The notes under the pieces are model-generated. The model did not search any database. It worked only from the letters and a program-made list of their open reading frames with translations, and had not been told where the DNA came from. This document shows positions 1 to 12,260 of a stretch of 64,000 nucleotides of DNA, piece after piece (the first letter of the stretch is position 1; each line of letters opens with the position of its first letter). The position numbers and the translations under genes were made by a program. The DNA is from Lingula anatina (Eukaryota > Animalia > Brachiopoda), in contig CM120649.1 of the NCBI GenBank assembly GCA_051362555.1, forward strand, positions 5,890,001 through 5,954,000. The letters are read 5' to 3'.

Positions 1-438
1 TGCAGCTTTCAATGTACTCCGCATCGTTGGAATCTGGACATTCCCACATACACCACAGGAAATTGATGAACACCGCCACGGCGATGTTGGGAGCGCCCCC
101 TTTTGTTCGCACTTGGTGGAACCAGCCCTCGGGTACATATATGATATCCCCGGCCTCAAGTGTGGTATTATAGATGACGATTTTTGAAACATCAGGGAAT
201 TTGGTCAAGTCCACCGCCTCCTGGTTTACTGGAGAAATACCTGGAAATGGGATATACGTCAATAGTGAACTTTGATAATAATTACATAAAAATGACATAA
301 CATATCATTAATAATAACGTTGCTTGCGAAAGATGACAATAATAATTATTATTGTTAACATAAAAGAAAAAGAGCACAGTCCCTTGTAAACCGCGAAGAT
401 ATGCCTCGGTTTATTTAATATAAAATATAACATAATAC

Positions 439-482
<44 letters not shown>

Positions 483-1982
483 CAAAATGGTGTACCATTA
501 TGAGGTTCGAAGTCATCAGTATACAGGTATTTGCCGTCGCGGGGGGTAGTAAGGATCCAGTGACGCCCACCCACCACCTGGGCGAAGATGGTTTCCGTGA
601 CGTCAAGATGAATGTCGGTGCTCGACCACCCGGCGTTGAAGAACATAGCTACTTGTTTCAGCTAAAATTAAAAAAGTTTCCAAATATGTAATAATGATCG
701 CAACCATGATTATGTTGCAAATGCTCAAAACCGATGGAGGGCAAGGATTTTTCTTAATTTTAATAATAATCATAAACGCTGGCCTAGGTGTTAAAGACGC
801 TGCCGTGTTTAACTAATATATTTTAGATCTTATAAGCGTTGTGTTTAAAAAAAAACACAACTATATTTTAATAAGTTTATTTTGTTGCGTCATGATGTTG
901 GTCAACCGAGTCAAACAGAACGAAAATGAGGAATGGTCTATATTTCAATAGGAAATATTCAATATTTTAACGCTTCATTCTCAACCTACCATTTTCAGCA
1001 ACCCTTCACAAGCGACAAAACCCGGGAATGTGAGATCTTCAGCCATCTCTGGACTGATAGTGGAGTCCATATAGATCTTTTCCTTCCTATATGTACTGTG
1101 TAACAAAACCAAGAAAACATGCAATGAGCATTCCAAAATTGGCAAGCAAAGAAGAGGCACCGAATCAGGACTACCAGTACAAGTAACTGTGAAGCCCGTG
1201 AGGTTCGAGTGGATTTTCCTTTCCTGAACATGTGTCCTTGTACACCGTCAAACGACCTCCCCCTTTCCAAAAATAAAATAAAATAAAATAAAATAAAATA
1301 AAATAAAATAAAATAAAATAAAATAAAATAAAATAAGAAGAAAGAAAAAGAAAACTTTAATACTTTAAACAGTCATGGGTTGTGTATTGGAATTGAAATC
1401 AGCATTCCATAATTAACAAGCAAAGAAGAAGCGCCGAATCGGGGCTATTCCGAAAAGTCAGAGTAGATCTTTATTCCCTGTATACTAGTGTATACGACCC
1501 CCCTTCCATAATAAAAAAAGAGAAAAACAAAAGAAAATCTAATTAATGTTTTAAATAGGCATGGGTTGTGTATCGGAAATTAAGCTTTATCATTCATTAG
1601 GGATAGCACGTGCGTCACTTCTGGACAATTCAATGAACTGTCGGAACACGGAGAAAGACGGTGAACGACGTGCGGTTCATGTACCTGAGATATGGAAGAA
1701 ACTCTAGGGCTTTTAAGTAGTTATTTACCCCTTTTACATGTCATAGAGATTTTATTGAGCAAGTGTACAGGAACCTTTGATAAAAGAATAAGCTTGCGTT
1801 GGCTGTGCTTAGGATATTCGCGGATTTCTGTCCAAATCATCATTTCCTTTCCCTTCAGGTTTGCTTGGTGTTTCTTGAGGTCTGATTTTTTTTTTTGCCG
1901 TCCAGCCAGTTAAAAAAACTGTTTATGACGTCGAGCATACCCCCTTGCAATATACCTGTATCATAGGTGTGTGTGTGTATGC

Positions 1983-2049
<67 letters not shown>

Positions 2050-3175
2050 TTATTTCTTAGTGCTCTCCTTGCTTAACTTCTTTAAGAATAAAGAGAAGTG
2101 AAAACCCCAATGACCCTACATCCCGTGTTATTCACAAACCCTCTTCCTTTTACTCTATTCACAAGTAGGCCTACATCTAAAGGTGCCGTATCCTATACTC
2201 CTGTGGGGACAAGAGAATCACGTCACCGTGACAGTCACGCTATGCTGTCACATTGACAACAGCACATAAAGCTATCTAATGTCGACAAAAATCTATGATT
2301 AGTACCGAAAATGGGTCACTTGCAAATCCTGTCTCCCATACAGGTGATGTTACACATAACACAGCTTGTTGCTTGTTATGAGACGTAAATACACTTGCTC
2401 TTCTGCAAGTGAAAATATACAACGTTTTTTCGTAGCTACTAACTTCATTTTCCTTTACTCTTAGCCGAGCCTTATAACGTTAGCTGTTACAAAATTGTAT
2501 ATAAGATTTTATTAATTTTTTTAGCGGCATAGAAGACCTCTGGGAGTGATTATTGTTCAGCTAATGATCAAAATTTTAGAATTACATCTCAAATCTCGCC
2601 TATTAAAGCATAAGTTAGTATAACTACATTAAAGGTGTGGATAACGTGTGCTTATTTTTTTTCAAGAAAAAAAGAAAAACACATGCAGTTACTGTGAGAA
2701 GCCGCCATTCAATGCAATTATGTACATAATTAAAAGGAATACATGAAAGTACTAACTCTAAGAAATCTGTCATGGGCATGTCGACGTAGGCCGGATGGTT
2801 CTCGTCAGAGAGGTTTCTCCAGTGGACATTAAAAAAGCTGTGGCCGAACCTCTCTCGTAGGTAGTCCTCGTTTTTCCATTTCTGAACAGCAGGCCAGTGC
2901 TTCAGGGCCCCCTTGACCACCAGCGGCACGGACTTGCGCACGTAGTCCCTGTAAAAGACCTCCGGGTCTGGGAAAAAGTCCAACGTGGTGATGTGTTCGT
3001 ATTTCTGGGCTTGTTCCCCGAATCGTTGCATGTGGCCCTTTAAATTACCAGTGTCACTTGGGTCATCTGTTGACATCAACGGGAAGAATTGGCCGAGGTT
3101 TGGTCCCCAGATGCTCCATGCAATTGCCAGTAAAACCGGAACGGCGCCCGCGTAGAATTTAGCCTTGGTCTCCAT
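1..3175 (-). CDS. JmjC/cupin-like Fe(II)/2-oxoglutarate oxygenase with an N-terminal signal/anchor segment; 3' end lies outside the window
   Basis: Four GT-AG exons splice in frame: 3175-2757 (METKAKFYAGAVPVLLAIAWSIW...PEVFYRDYVRKSVPLVVKGALKHWPAVQKW), 1095-990 (TYRKEKIYMDSTISPEMAEDLTFPGFVACEGLLKM), 661-496 (LKQVAMFFNAGWSSTDIHLDVTETIFAQVVG) and 240-1 (ISPVNQEAVDLTKFP...LEAGDIIYVPEGWFHQVRT). The HxD...H iron triad (HLD, WFH) and the L-x-x-G-D-x-x-Y-x-P-x-x-W-x-H motif are typical of JmjC-only proteins. Confidence 0.9.
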
Positions 3176-3459
3176 GTTAGCTCGGTTATTGTTATGCGGA
3201 AATATGTAGTAAATGTAGTAAACGGAGAACGTGTCCCAGTAAAGTCTTATATGGGCCTATAACTTCAAGATATGCGCTCGACTTAACTAACTGCGCAACA
3301 ATAAAAGTTTGTTCCGCTTCGTGTGAAATGACACGTCGGGTCGTAAGAGCTATATACTGTATATATAAGTTGTGCGGCGCATTTTACATGATAAACAAGA
3401 CCCGGGATGCACCAGGGTGCATTCAGGTGCTTTCATTTCTCTCTTTAAATATCCATTAA

Positions 3460-3793
3460 AGGGATAATAACTCTTCGTATGAGATTTATATTTCACAACA
3501 AAAACATTGTGAACAACTCGTAGAAATATAATATATTCTGTTGTACCACAAAAACGGCAGTTATAGCTATTAATCTGATATCTGAGCTTGTCTTTAGACC
3601 ACGTGACCTCCATTGATGGCTATACTCTGTTAAAATCTCTGAAGAGGAAAAAAAAATTTTTAGAAAAAAAAAAAAAAACAGGGACTAACTTTAAATGTAA
3701 AAATGGATTCATTAACCATTGGTAAGTATTGAAAAATTGTTGTTTACTCCGGGAAAATTCATTTTTTGGCCAAAATGAAGGGTTATTATCCCT
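3460..3793. mobile_element. Non-autonomous DNA transposon, Kolobok-like (copy 1)
   Basis: TTAA|AGGGATAATAAC...GTTATTATCCCT|TTAA: terminal inverted repeats with a TTAA target duplication. Near-identical copies at 29705-30042 and 42331-42665. Confidence 0.8.
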
Positions 3794-4751
3794 TTAAGTG
3801 TACAGTGACATAGTATTGGCCTCACACCCAGGTTGGTTAATTTTACTCTCTGACTACAGGGTGCGCTAGTAGTCTGTTACAAAAATGTTCAATGGCCCAC
3901 AGATTACTTTTGCATACTATTTTTCAGTACCCTGATATTAGAGGGTAGGTTAATTGAATCTAATTACTTTCAGCAGAGAAGACTTTTGAAATGGGAACAC
4001 TACACTCTTCCACAGACCCGTCTCACTTTTACTAAATATAGGTCAAATTATGCAGAAAGGACATTACACAAAAAGTTAGGAATTTTGATGACATTTTCAG
4101 GCCAGAAATGGGATTTTTGATGGTGGGTAATCAATTAACTAACAAAATAATTAATTGATAATTGTTAATAAGGATAATTGATAATTGAGTTATTTAATTG
4201 ATCATTAAATTAATTGATAAATAATTAATAATAATGAGAAATGAGTTGTCTTCGTGCACGTTTGCGCTCTTTGGGAAAACTAATCAGGTGTTGTTCTCCT
4301 TATGACATCAGTGTACTTACGCTTCCAACATTACACTAGTTTCTCATAAAACAGTAATTATAAAACATTTTAAAAGGATAGCAATTTTTTTGTTTTGGCA
4401 AAAAAAAAAAAAAAAAAAACCCGGATTTTCCTTGGGTGAACGACGATTTTCACTTAGCAATGGTTAATTAATCCAAAGTCATTCAAAAACAGTCCAAATA
4501 TTTTTTTGTAAAAAGTCTGGAATCTTTTGAAATAACATCTTAACAGATTATTACGGATGTATAGCCACCTATGAAGGCCCACGTGGTTTGCTGGCAAGCA
4601 CAGACTCCAGAACAATTTCGATAATTTTAAATATTTCTGTTATTTGTTACAATGAAATCATTATGAAGTATAAAGCTGATATGAACCGTTGTTATCCCTT
4701 TAAGATAGCATTGACTTCTTCAGTGAGGCATTATGATCCGTTCGATCCCTT

Positions 4752-5240
4752 AGACTGCATTCCCATTAACCCATCGTACTAGCTGGATCGATCTAACTTT
4801 GCAGGGCTTCTCGCCCAAGTAATTTCAGTTAATTACCCCCTAGTAGCTTAGGTAGCCGTTTCAGACATTTAAGCCACTTACAGTAAATGCAATTAAGCAA
4901 GAATCCCCGCAGAGTTAGATCGATTCAGCTAGTGCGATGGGTTTATGGGCACGCTCCCTTTGTGAACATGCCACACTGTCAGAGACCATGCCCAGACCCT
5001 ATCGTACTAACTGCCGATCGATCTATCTCCAAGGGGATTCTCGCTAAATTGCAATCACTTTAAGCGGCTTAGTTGTCTGGCACGCCTACTGAAACTGTCA
5101 GGGGGTAATTAACTATCGCTTAGCAGCTTCAGTAGGCGTATCAAACATGTAAGCCACTTAAGCTGAAAGCAATTTAGCGAGAAATTCCTTGGATATGGAT
5201 CGATCTTGTTAGATCGATCTAGGTATGGAAACCCAGTCTT
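4752..5240. mobile_element. Two adjacent palindromic MITE-like elements
   Basis: ~4752-4957 and ~4982-5240 are each imperfect hairpins with GATCGATCT arms and a central GTTAATTACCCCC/GGGGGTAATTAAC motif. A related copy lies at ~32975-33202. Confidence 0.6.
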
Positions 5241-5357
5241 TAACGTACATGTAGCATGCTGACCCATTCCCCGTCGCCAGTGATGACTGGTGCGCAGATA
5301 GCAAACCATGTCACAGGAGCGTTGGCTGGGGGTAGAGTGGGGGATAACCACCCAAAA

Positions 5358-5930
5358 CATATATATATAAGTTTATCTATACATAGCAACCACAAGGTTG
5401 AAGTTGTACATTAACTGGAAAATTACAAAAAATTACACATTAAAACATTTACATAAAATAAAAGATATACAATAAGACCAAAATGAGTTCAAAAATAACT
5501 TAAGCACAAACCTCTAAAAGTTTGATAAAAGCAAAGGGGCTAAAATAAAAGATATATTATAAAGACCAGGATAAGTTCCAAAATAAAACACAGACCACGA
5601 AAAGTGTGATAAGGAAAAAGGAATTAAAGTATTTTTTAAATGTCGGTTCTGAGTTTTGGTAAAACTAAAATTTGATTGCCTATGCCTTAGTTTTCTGTGT
5701 GGTTTTAACTGTGTGGTATTAAAATAAGTAATTCAGCTCGTCCCTGTCATTTTTTTATTTTTGCAAAGAATGATTGGCAAAATCCTATGCGCCGCTCTTT
5801 CAGAGTAACGAGTCTGGCTTTGACAAGGGCATCAACATGTGGTAATAAAGGGAATATAATTCTTAGTGCCCTCGACTGGATAGATTCTATTATTTCCATT
5901 GTTCCCTGGTTAATGCATGACCGAAGAGTG
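5358..5930 (-). mobile_element. 3' remnant of a non-LTR retrotransposon (L2/CR1/Crack-like LINE)
   Basis: The minus strand at ~5900-5755 reads EIIESIQSRALRIIFPLLPHVDALVKARLVTLKERRIGFCQSFF, resembling the post-RT C-terminal segment of these LINEs. It is followed by a T-rich 3' region ending in a (TA)n tail. Confidence 0.6.
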
Positions 5931-5968
5931 GTCCCCCCCCCTTCTACCCTCTACCAGGGTGGCAGATA

Positions 5969-6143
5969 CAGGCCCGTAGCCAGGGGGGGGGGGGGGTCGG
6001 GGGGTTCGAAAGAACCGCCTCTTTTGGTGGGAAAAGGTCCACTCTGGGTAAAATTTGATCTAGTTTCATGAAGTTTTTATGGAAAAAGGTCCACTTTTTC
6101 AGAAAAAGAACCCCCCCTTTTGAAATTGCTGGCTACGGGCCTG
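5969..6143. mobile_element. Short MITE with a 5-bp target duplication (hAT-like termini)
   Basis: AGATA|CAGGCCCGTAGCCAG...CTGGCTACGGGCCTG|AGATA. Confidence 0.75.
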
Positions 6144-7383
6144 AGATATTATTGGCAAATTTTCAATGACAGTCTGTTTGTCTAAAGACATATCTGTAAA
6201 CATGTTGTGAAAAGTCAATCTCTCGCCCTGGTAGACGGTACCTCCCTCACCCGTTTCTTGTTTTTGTGACTGATGCGGTTGAAATGGGAGAGGAGGGTAT
6301 GGCAGATATGTTCCACTATCCCACCTGCTTCGTCGCCTGTAAAGATTGGACCCACTCACAGCCTAATATGCCGTTTTTATCTTATGCAATATTTCCTAAA
6401 TGATCCTTTTAATTTTTTTATTTTGATCGAAAGAGACTTCACGTGCAACAAGGAAATAATTTTCTGAACTTAACATTGTTTGTCATGATATTAACCCATT
6501 ATCTTGAAAATAAGTCGTCTGCACTATACATGTAAGTGGTTACAAAATCGAACTACGTAAATAGGACCACACTGCCGAAGATGATATCTCTGCATCATTT
6601 AAGGCGCATTTCCAATACGGTTGTTACGTCTAGACTTCACACCGTAGTCTGTTACCTTACCCGTTTGCAATTGTGTGATAACATGTTTAATTCAGACCGC
6701 CACCAATTTAACTTTTTTTTTTTTTTTTGCGGTGGTCGTGTTCAGGACAATAGATAGAGTTGATGTCCCCTTGATTATAAACCGTTGCTCCTGCGATCTG
6801 CGACGATGGCACGTCTTTAAGTTAAGTCGCTAGAGATAATGTGGAAATACACCTTGGGAAAAAAGGATTCGCGTGCACAAAGGGGTTTCTTTGTTTGTTT
6901 ACTGATAGTGGTGGTCTGAGTTGTTTGTCACCATTATCCAAAAACCAGATGAGTAAATAAATCTGCTAGTACTTGATACAATCATGGAAGTATATCATGG
7001 ATTTACTTCACCTGATACAATGTAGGCACGTTTACTCTAGACTAAGGTGGACCGCTTTAAAATCGACCCCAAATAGTATTGATTGCGATAAAACCAGAGA
7101 ATTTGTTCCAAGCATGGTTAATTTGGTTTGTCATCGACCAGTAGTAGCTGTGATGTTGCTTCCTGTAGCTGTATTCAGCGCACTTCAAGCATGCTAAACT
7201 GACTAGACTGCAATCAATACAGTGACTGCACAGTTTGCTGCCTAGTTATTACACTCTCTTTGCAGTTGGTTTGCGGCTGCTTTGGTTCTGAATCTCCAAT
7301 CTGAGCAAAATTGTACAATTGATTATCAAACTCGGTTTAGCTGCAGAAGTTTCATGATCTTATTGAGAATTCAGAAGTAATCC

Positions 7384-7650
7384 AGATGACCATTGTGTGA
7401 TGGCACACCAAGTTCGTTGAAGTGTCTCATGTCGATGGTCATCAAATTGTGGTTAAAGGCTTATGACCAATGATCTATTTATTAAATGGACATGTAGCAC
7501 TCATTAACGCGATGTGTCACCGCAGGCGTTACAGTAGGATGCCCCCCTGTTTTAATATAAATAGAGGCCTGTCAAACATACCTACATAGGATTTTAAACA
7601 ACGATATTCTCTTATTCTTAAATTAACTGATCGACTCTGAACGCAGCATC
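7384..7650 (+). promoter_or_regulatory. Conserved proximal promoter and 5' UTR of the peptide genes (shown for copy 1)
   Basis: TATAAATA at 7556-7563, ~90 bp before the ATG, preceded by a ~170 bp block starting GATGACCATTGTGTGA. The block recurs before copies 2, 3, 4 and 6, and in diverged form before copy 5, each with TATAAA at a similar distance. Confidence 0.7.
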
Positions 7651-8601
7651 ATGAGAGCAAAATATTCCGTCGCTCTTCTCACTGGTGAGTACAGAATCAG
7701 CCTCAACTGAAGGAGGCGATAAAGAAAATATTTGGTGATAAATAATATTTTTCTTTTTCTGAAAAAAGGGCGTGCGTGGGCGCGTGTGTGTAGTTGTGGT
7801 ACAAATTATTTTCAGTCTTCATGTTTTTTATGTTAGTTTGTAAAATGTTGTTAGTTTTCTCACTATCATCCGTTTCTTGATCCATATGCAGTTTGACATT
7901 GCTTACATGTAAGTTGTCCTAACCGGCAAGCATTGGGCAATCGTCACAACTATTAAACAGGTGTGAAAAACAGGTATTGGTAATACTGGTTATAGAAATG
8001 ATTCAAGATGACCCAAATGGATTGTAATTTAGCGTAAATATCGAGCCCGATTTCGCAGGAGCCATAGCTTGGTGTGGCCAGAAATAATGACATAGATAGA
8101 AGAGAATGCGCTGCGGTGTCGAATTAAAGCTGACAAAACTAATCCACTGAAATACTCCAATTTTTCCTCTTTTAAGGGATTAAAATATCCGTAGAATTAC
8201 AATGTATTGCACAAATAATAATTCACCATAGTTTTGTGAGGTGAGCCACTTTTGTTTTGCTGTGTAAAGCGTTATTCTCGACACACTCTCATTCTTAGAG
8301 TAAGAAAACCCCACCGTTTTGAGGATTTTAGCACGTTTTCTAATTTATGACTAGAAGCACAACCTTCACCGTTTACCTTTGAATTTCAGTTTTCATCTTG
8401 ATCAGCGCTACTACTGCCCAAACTATCACCATACCTAATGGCTGTATCGTAACTGGAGCATTGTATTGTCGCGTACAGTGTTTCTTCAGAAGCAGATTCC
8501 AGGGATGCTGTGGGGCCGGCGGCAACTCAACTAACTGCTACTGCAATGGGCCGGCATCTCTTCTAAGCATTCCACCCAATTTTGTAAGTATTCATATCTA
8601 G

Positions 8602-8637
<36 letters not shown>

Positions 8638-9042
8638 ACGCTACCAAACCAAGAAAATTTACATCCTTGAGCCCTACATAATATAGTTAAATTTCAATCA
8701 AGGAAGTGTCGCGTTTTATACGTGTATTTGCCGAGGGAAACAAAATATTTTTCTTACAGCCGCACAGAAAAATTTTGTATCCGCCAGTATCCTATACCAT
8801 ATCACGCCCTGCCTTATATTATAAAAATGATTCATGTAACACAGGGGAGGACCAAGGATTATGCGAAGGGGGGTTCGTTTTTTAGGAGTGGCAGCCTCGG
8901 ATACGAAGCCTACCCTCGCCTCTGGCGATCTTATCCATTTTTCTTGTATCTCTTTATGAAGTATAGGCCTAACGCTATATTTATTCTCTTTATTTATTAT
9001 GCCATATATATGGTTGTAAAAGAGCATTACTGTGCTCAATAA

Positions 9043-9087
<45 letters not shown>

Positions 9088-9320
9088 TTGATCACTTACA
9101 CCGTTCATGTTTTACATACCAGATAGCATTTATATTTTATGTATTCTTGTAAAATGCATACCGCTACCTTTCACTATGGACATGCGTGTAACCATTATGC
9201 ATAATATCAAACATATACAAAGGCATTTTACTGAATTCTATAAATCGACATACAGTAGTTTAAAGATGCTTTTGTTGATTATTCTTTCAGGGCACGGTGC
9301 CAACTGAATGCAGCGCTTAA
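7651..9320 (+). CDS. Secreted 8-Cys defensin-like (CS-alpha/beta-type) peptide, copy 1, 85 aa
   Basis: Exons 7651-7684, 8390-8583, 9291-9320 with GT-AG introns: MRAKYSVALLTVFILISATTA/QTITIPNGCIVTGALYCRVQCFFRSRFQGCCGAGGNSTNCYCNGPASLLSIPPNFGTVPTECSA*. Has a signal peptide, CxxxC...GxC...CxC, and a downstream CACAATAAATG. Confidence 0.88.
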
Positions 9321-10988
9321 TTCATAAAGTGGTATATACAGTACAACCATAGAACTTAACACAATCTCGGCGGTTTCTTCTATTGATGAAAATAACAAAT
9401 GAAATAGACAAAATGGATTCAGACAAGGAAAGAAAGATAATCATATACATCCTGCGGAACCGATGATCCACTGTGGATGCCATTTTATCTATGCATTAAT
9501 AAAGGTTGTTGGAAACGAAAAAGGGGGCATTAAAAAAAAAGAAAAAAAAAACAAAAAAACATCGTGAACATTATTCGGTTTCCAACCGCAACAGTAGCCG
9601 AGGGATTCACATATATTTCCAACGTTCAATTTGATGACTTTCGACCTAGAAATTTGGTTGGTTTCACAATAAATGTAAATGTATATAGGGAACACTTTTT
9701 GTCTTCCTTATTTGTGGACGACTTGTCCAATTCCGCCATGATATCTATCTATCTATTTATCTTATTGAGAAAAGGAGAAATTATCCATTACACTGGGTTA
9801 ACTCTGCTTGTTGAGCACCTGTCGTCATATAATCTTTGCTGATCATTTCATAAAAACTCTCTTTGTCATTGGGAAAAAACAAAATAAACCTGAGAGTGAC
9901 ATAAAATCATAGTAAAAACACCCAAATTAATCTTTCCAGGACTCTTGGTAACTGGCATTGCGCGGGATAAAATACGACAACCGAACTATCGCTTGTTATA
10001 GGAGATAAAAATACAAAATGGCTTTCTCATTTGAGCTAGGGGATTGAAACAAGCTCCTTTGGCTCCATGGTAACAGACACAGATATAAATCTGGATTCGA
10101 TTTTCGATGTATTAGAATTGATTTTTTGTATGAAATCGTTGCTGACAATTTAGTTTGATTACTATAAAAAAACATATCTTCACATCAAGAAAATAGACAG
10201 CTAGCACAAAACACCATGGTTAATGGGTGTCAGTCCCCTGCAATGACACCCCCCCCCCCCCAGAATGCGGGCTCACGCTGGACGTGAAAAATTACGTTTT
10301 GAATAAAAACAGGAACTGCTAAAATAGAGATCGATTTGAGTACAACATATTGCTAGACAGAATCATTAAATGTGTCCATTTTCCTTGCACCCTTGCGTCC
10401 TTGCTCCAGTGGTTGTGCTTATTATTTGCCATTTTCCCGCCAGCCGTTTAAAGGTCCTGTAAACGCAATCGAAGAGCCGTCTCATTCATATGTCATGAAA
10501 AACACCTTATATTTCCCTATTCAGAACCTAAAGACAATAGACCCCTGTAAATAAAAATTATCTGAAGTGAACCTAATTATCTTCTCTGGCTTCTTTGGTA
10601 GCCAACGCCAGCATGTATTATACACGTTACAGGACTGCGATACAAAAAGCCCACCTTTTTCTTGGGTAAATACGATGCAGAGCGCATGACAGTAGATGGC
10701 GCGCATTGCGACCGAGCGCAAGCGTCTCGATTCCATAATTCGCCCATACTCTCCCCATATAATACACTGTAGCCTCTATGTGATGATTTCGCTCTTCAAA
10801 ATTCTAATACTGTAGCAAGAGGGGAATATTGCGGTGATTATTTTCCAGAAACCGAATGGGGAGTCAGGACCCCCCTGACACCTCCCCTTAAATCCGTCAC
10901 TGTTGACGTATTCTTTTTAGTCGTAAGAGAAACTACCGGTACATGCAGTAAAAGTCTTTCACAGTTATATAAGCGTAATTGGGAATCC

Positions 10989-12260
10989 ACACTCTTAAAA
11001 CTGACCAGTTAAACTTAACCGAAAATACGTTCAATGTTAAACAATTCACTCAGTCAATATACCTCCGACTAAATATTTAGTTGACCTAACTGCATCAAAA
11101 TCAGTTGGCCTTTTAACCAATCCAAACGGTTAACATTTCGGTTACTTTTATACAATACATTCAGTTAGATATAACCACTTCAATTATAACCGTTTATTAT
11201 GGTTGCTTTCAATCAGTTACTGGTAACTTACCAAAATGGTTAATCTTAACCGAATTGATTGGTTCAAAACAATATACTCGATTCAGATATAATCTACTTA
11301 TTCATGTTGAGTGATGGAAATGGAAATGTGTGGTTCAAAACAACTGAATTTAAGAGTTTGTCATGTCAACTGATTTTATCGTTTATTTTTAACCATATTC
11401 TCAGTCAGAATTAACCTCATAAACAATTAAATTCAACTGTTAAACGCCATAAAAGTTAGAGACATTCCCTAACGTCTGCCAAGAAGTCATTATAACTTCT
11501 TGCGTCTGCTGAGTGCTCTGCTGCGCGTGTGGTGAGCCCCGTCAGACGCAGAGATTATGATACTATGGATACCGCTCCAACCTATGGGGGATGAAAGGCA
11601 GGGTATGAACGCCTTACAGAAGATAGGAGTTTCCATCAGTATTTATTGACACCAAAACATCCATAGAAATTGTATAAAGAGCTCTGTTAAATTAAACAAG
11701 GGAGAGGCACATAAATCCCACAAAATCATGAACAACAATTTGGATCTCAAAAACACCTTAGAACATTATTACTTACGATAATGATCCACCTTATAAAAAA
11801 TTTACACGACCATATTACTTTGGCGGGTAAGGGTATAAGGTGCTACGTCAAATGTGCCAATGTTGGACCAATGTTTTTTTTTTTTTTTTTTGCTATCTGG
11901 GTGGCGACTTGAAATGCCCAGTCCAGGCTATGTTGGCCAATCACGTGCTGCGCAACTATCTTGGGCAGTCCTGCGCACACAGAAATCTTTGCACTAAACA
12001 GCAACCGAGAAATTGGTTACCTAGTGTGATCACCACAATGCAGAATAGTTAAATACCCGAGTAACGAGGTCATTCCCCGCTAGGTACACTTGTAGTAGGG
12101 CAAAATGATTATAAATATACAAGATTCAACAAGTTTGTAGAAATACATTACAGTCTTTCTATATTCCTGTCGAATGTCCTCAGATCAGTTATTCAGTAAT
12201 CGATCCACACGGTTACAATGTTGACCAATCGACTGGTTGATCAATAACCGAATAAACCGT
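10989..12260. mobile_element. Possible truncated CACTA/EnSpm-like non-autonomous element
   Basis: Begins CACTCTTAAAA, followed by dense short GTTAA/TTAAC/AACC/GGTT repeats in both orientations, and is absent from the other array units. No matching right end was found. Confidence 0.35.

Noticed and set aside
8398-8601. Single-exon reading of the peptide ORFs (MISATTAQ...FVSIHI*) as listed in the ORF track, here and for the other five copies
   Set aside because: Most start at a non-ATG codon, all lack the full signal peptide, and they have only 7 core Cys. Conserved splice sites and conserved exons 1 and 3 in all six copies support the spliced model.
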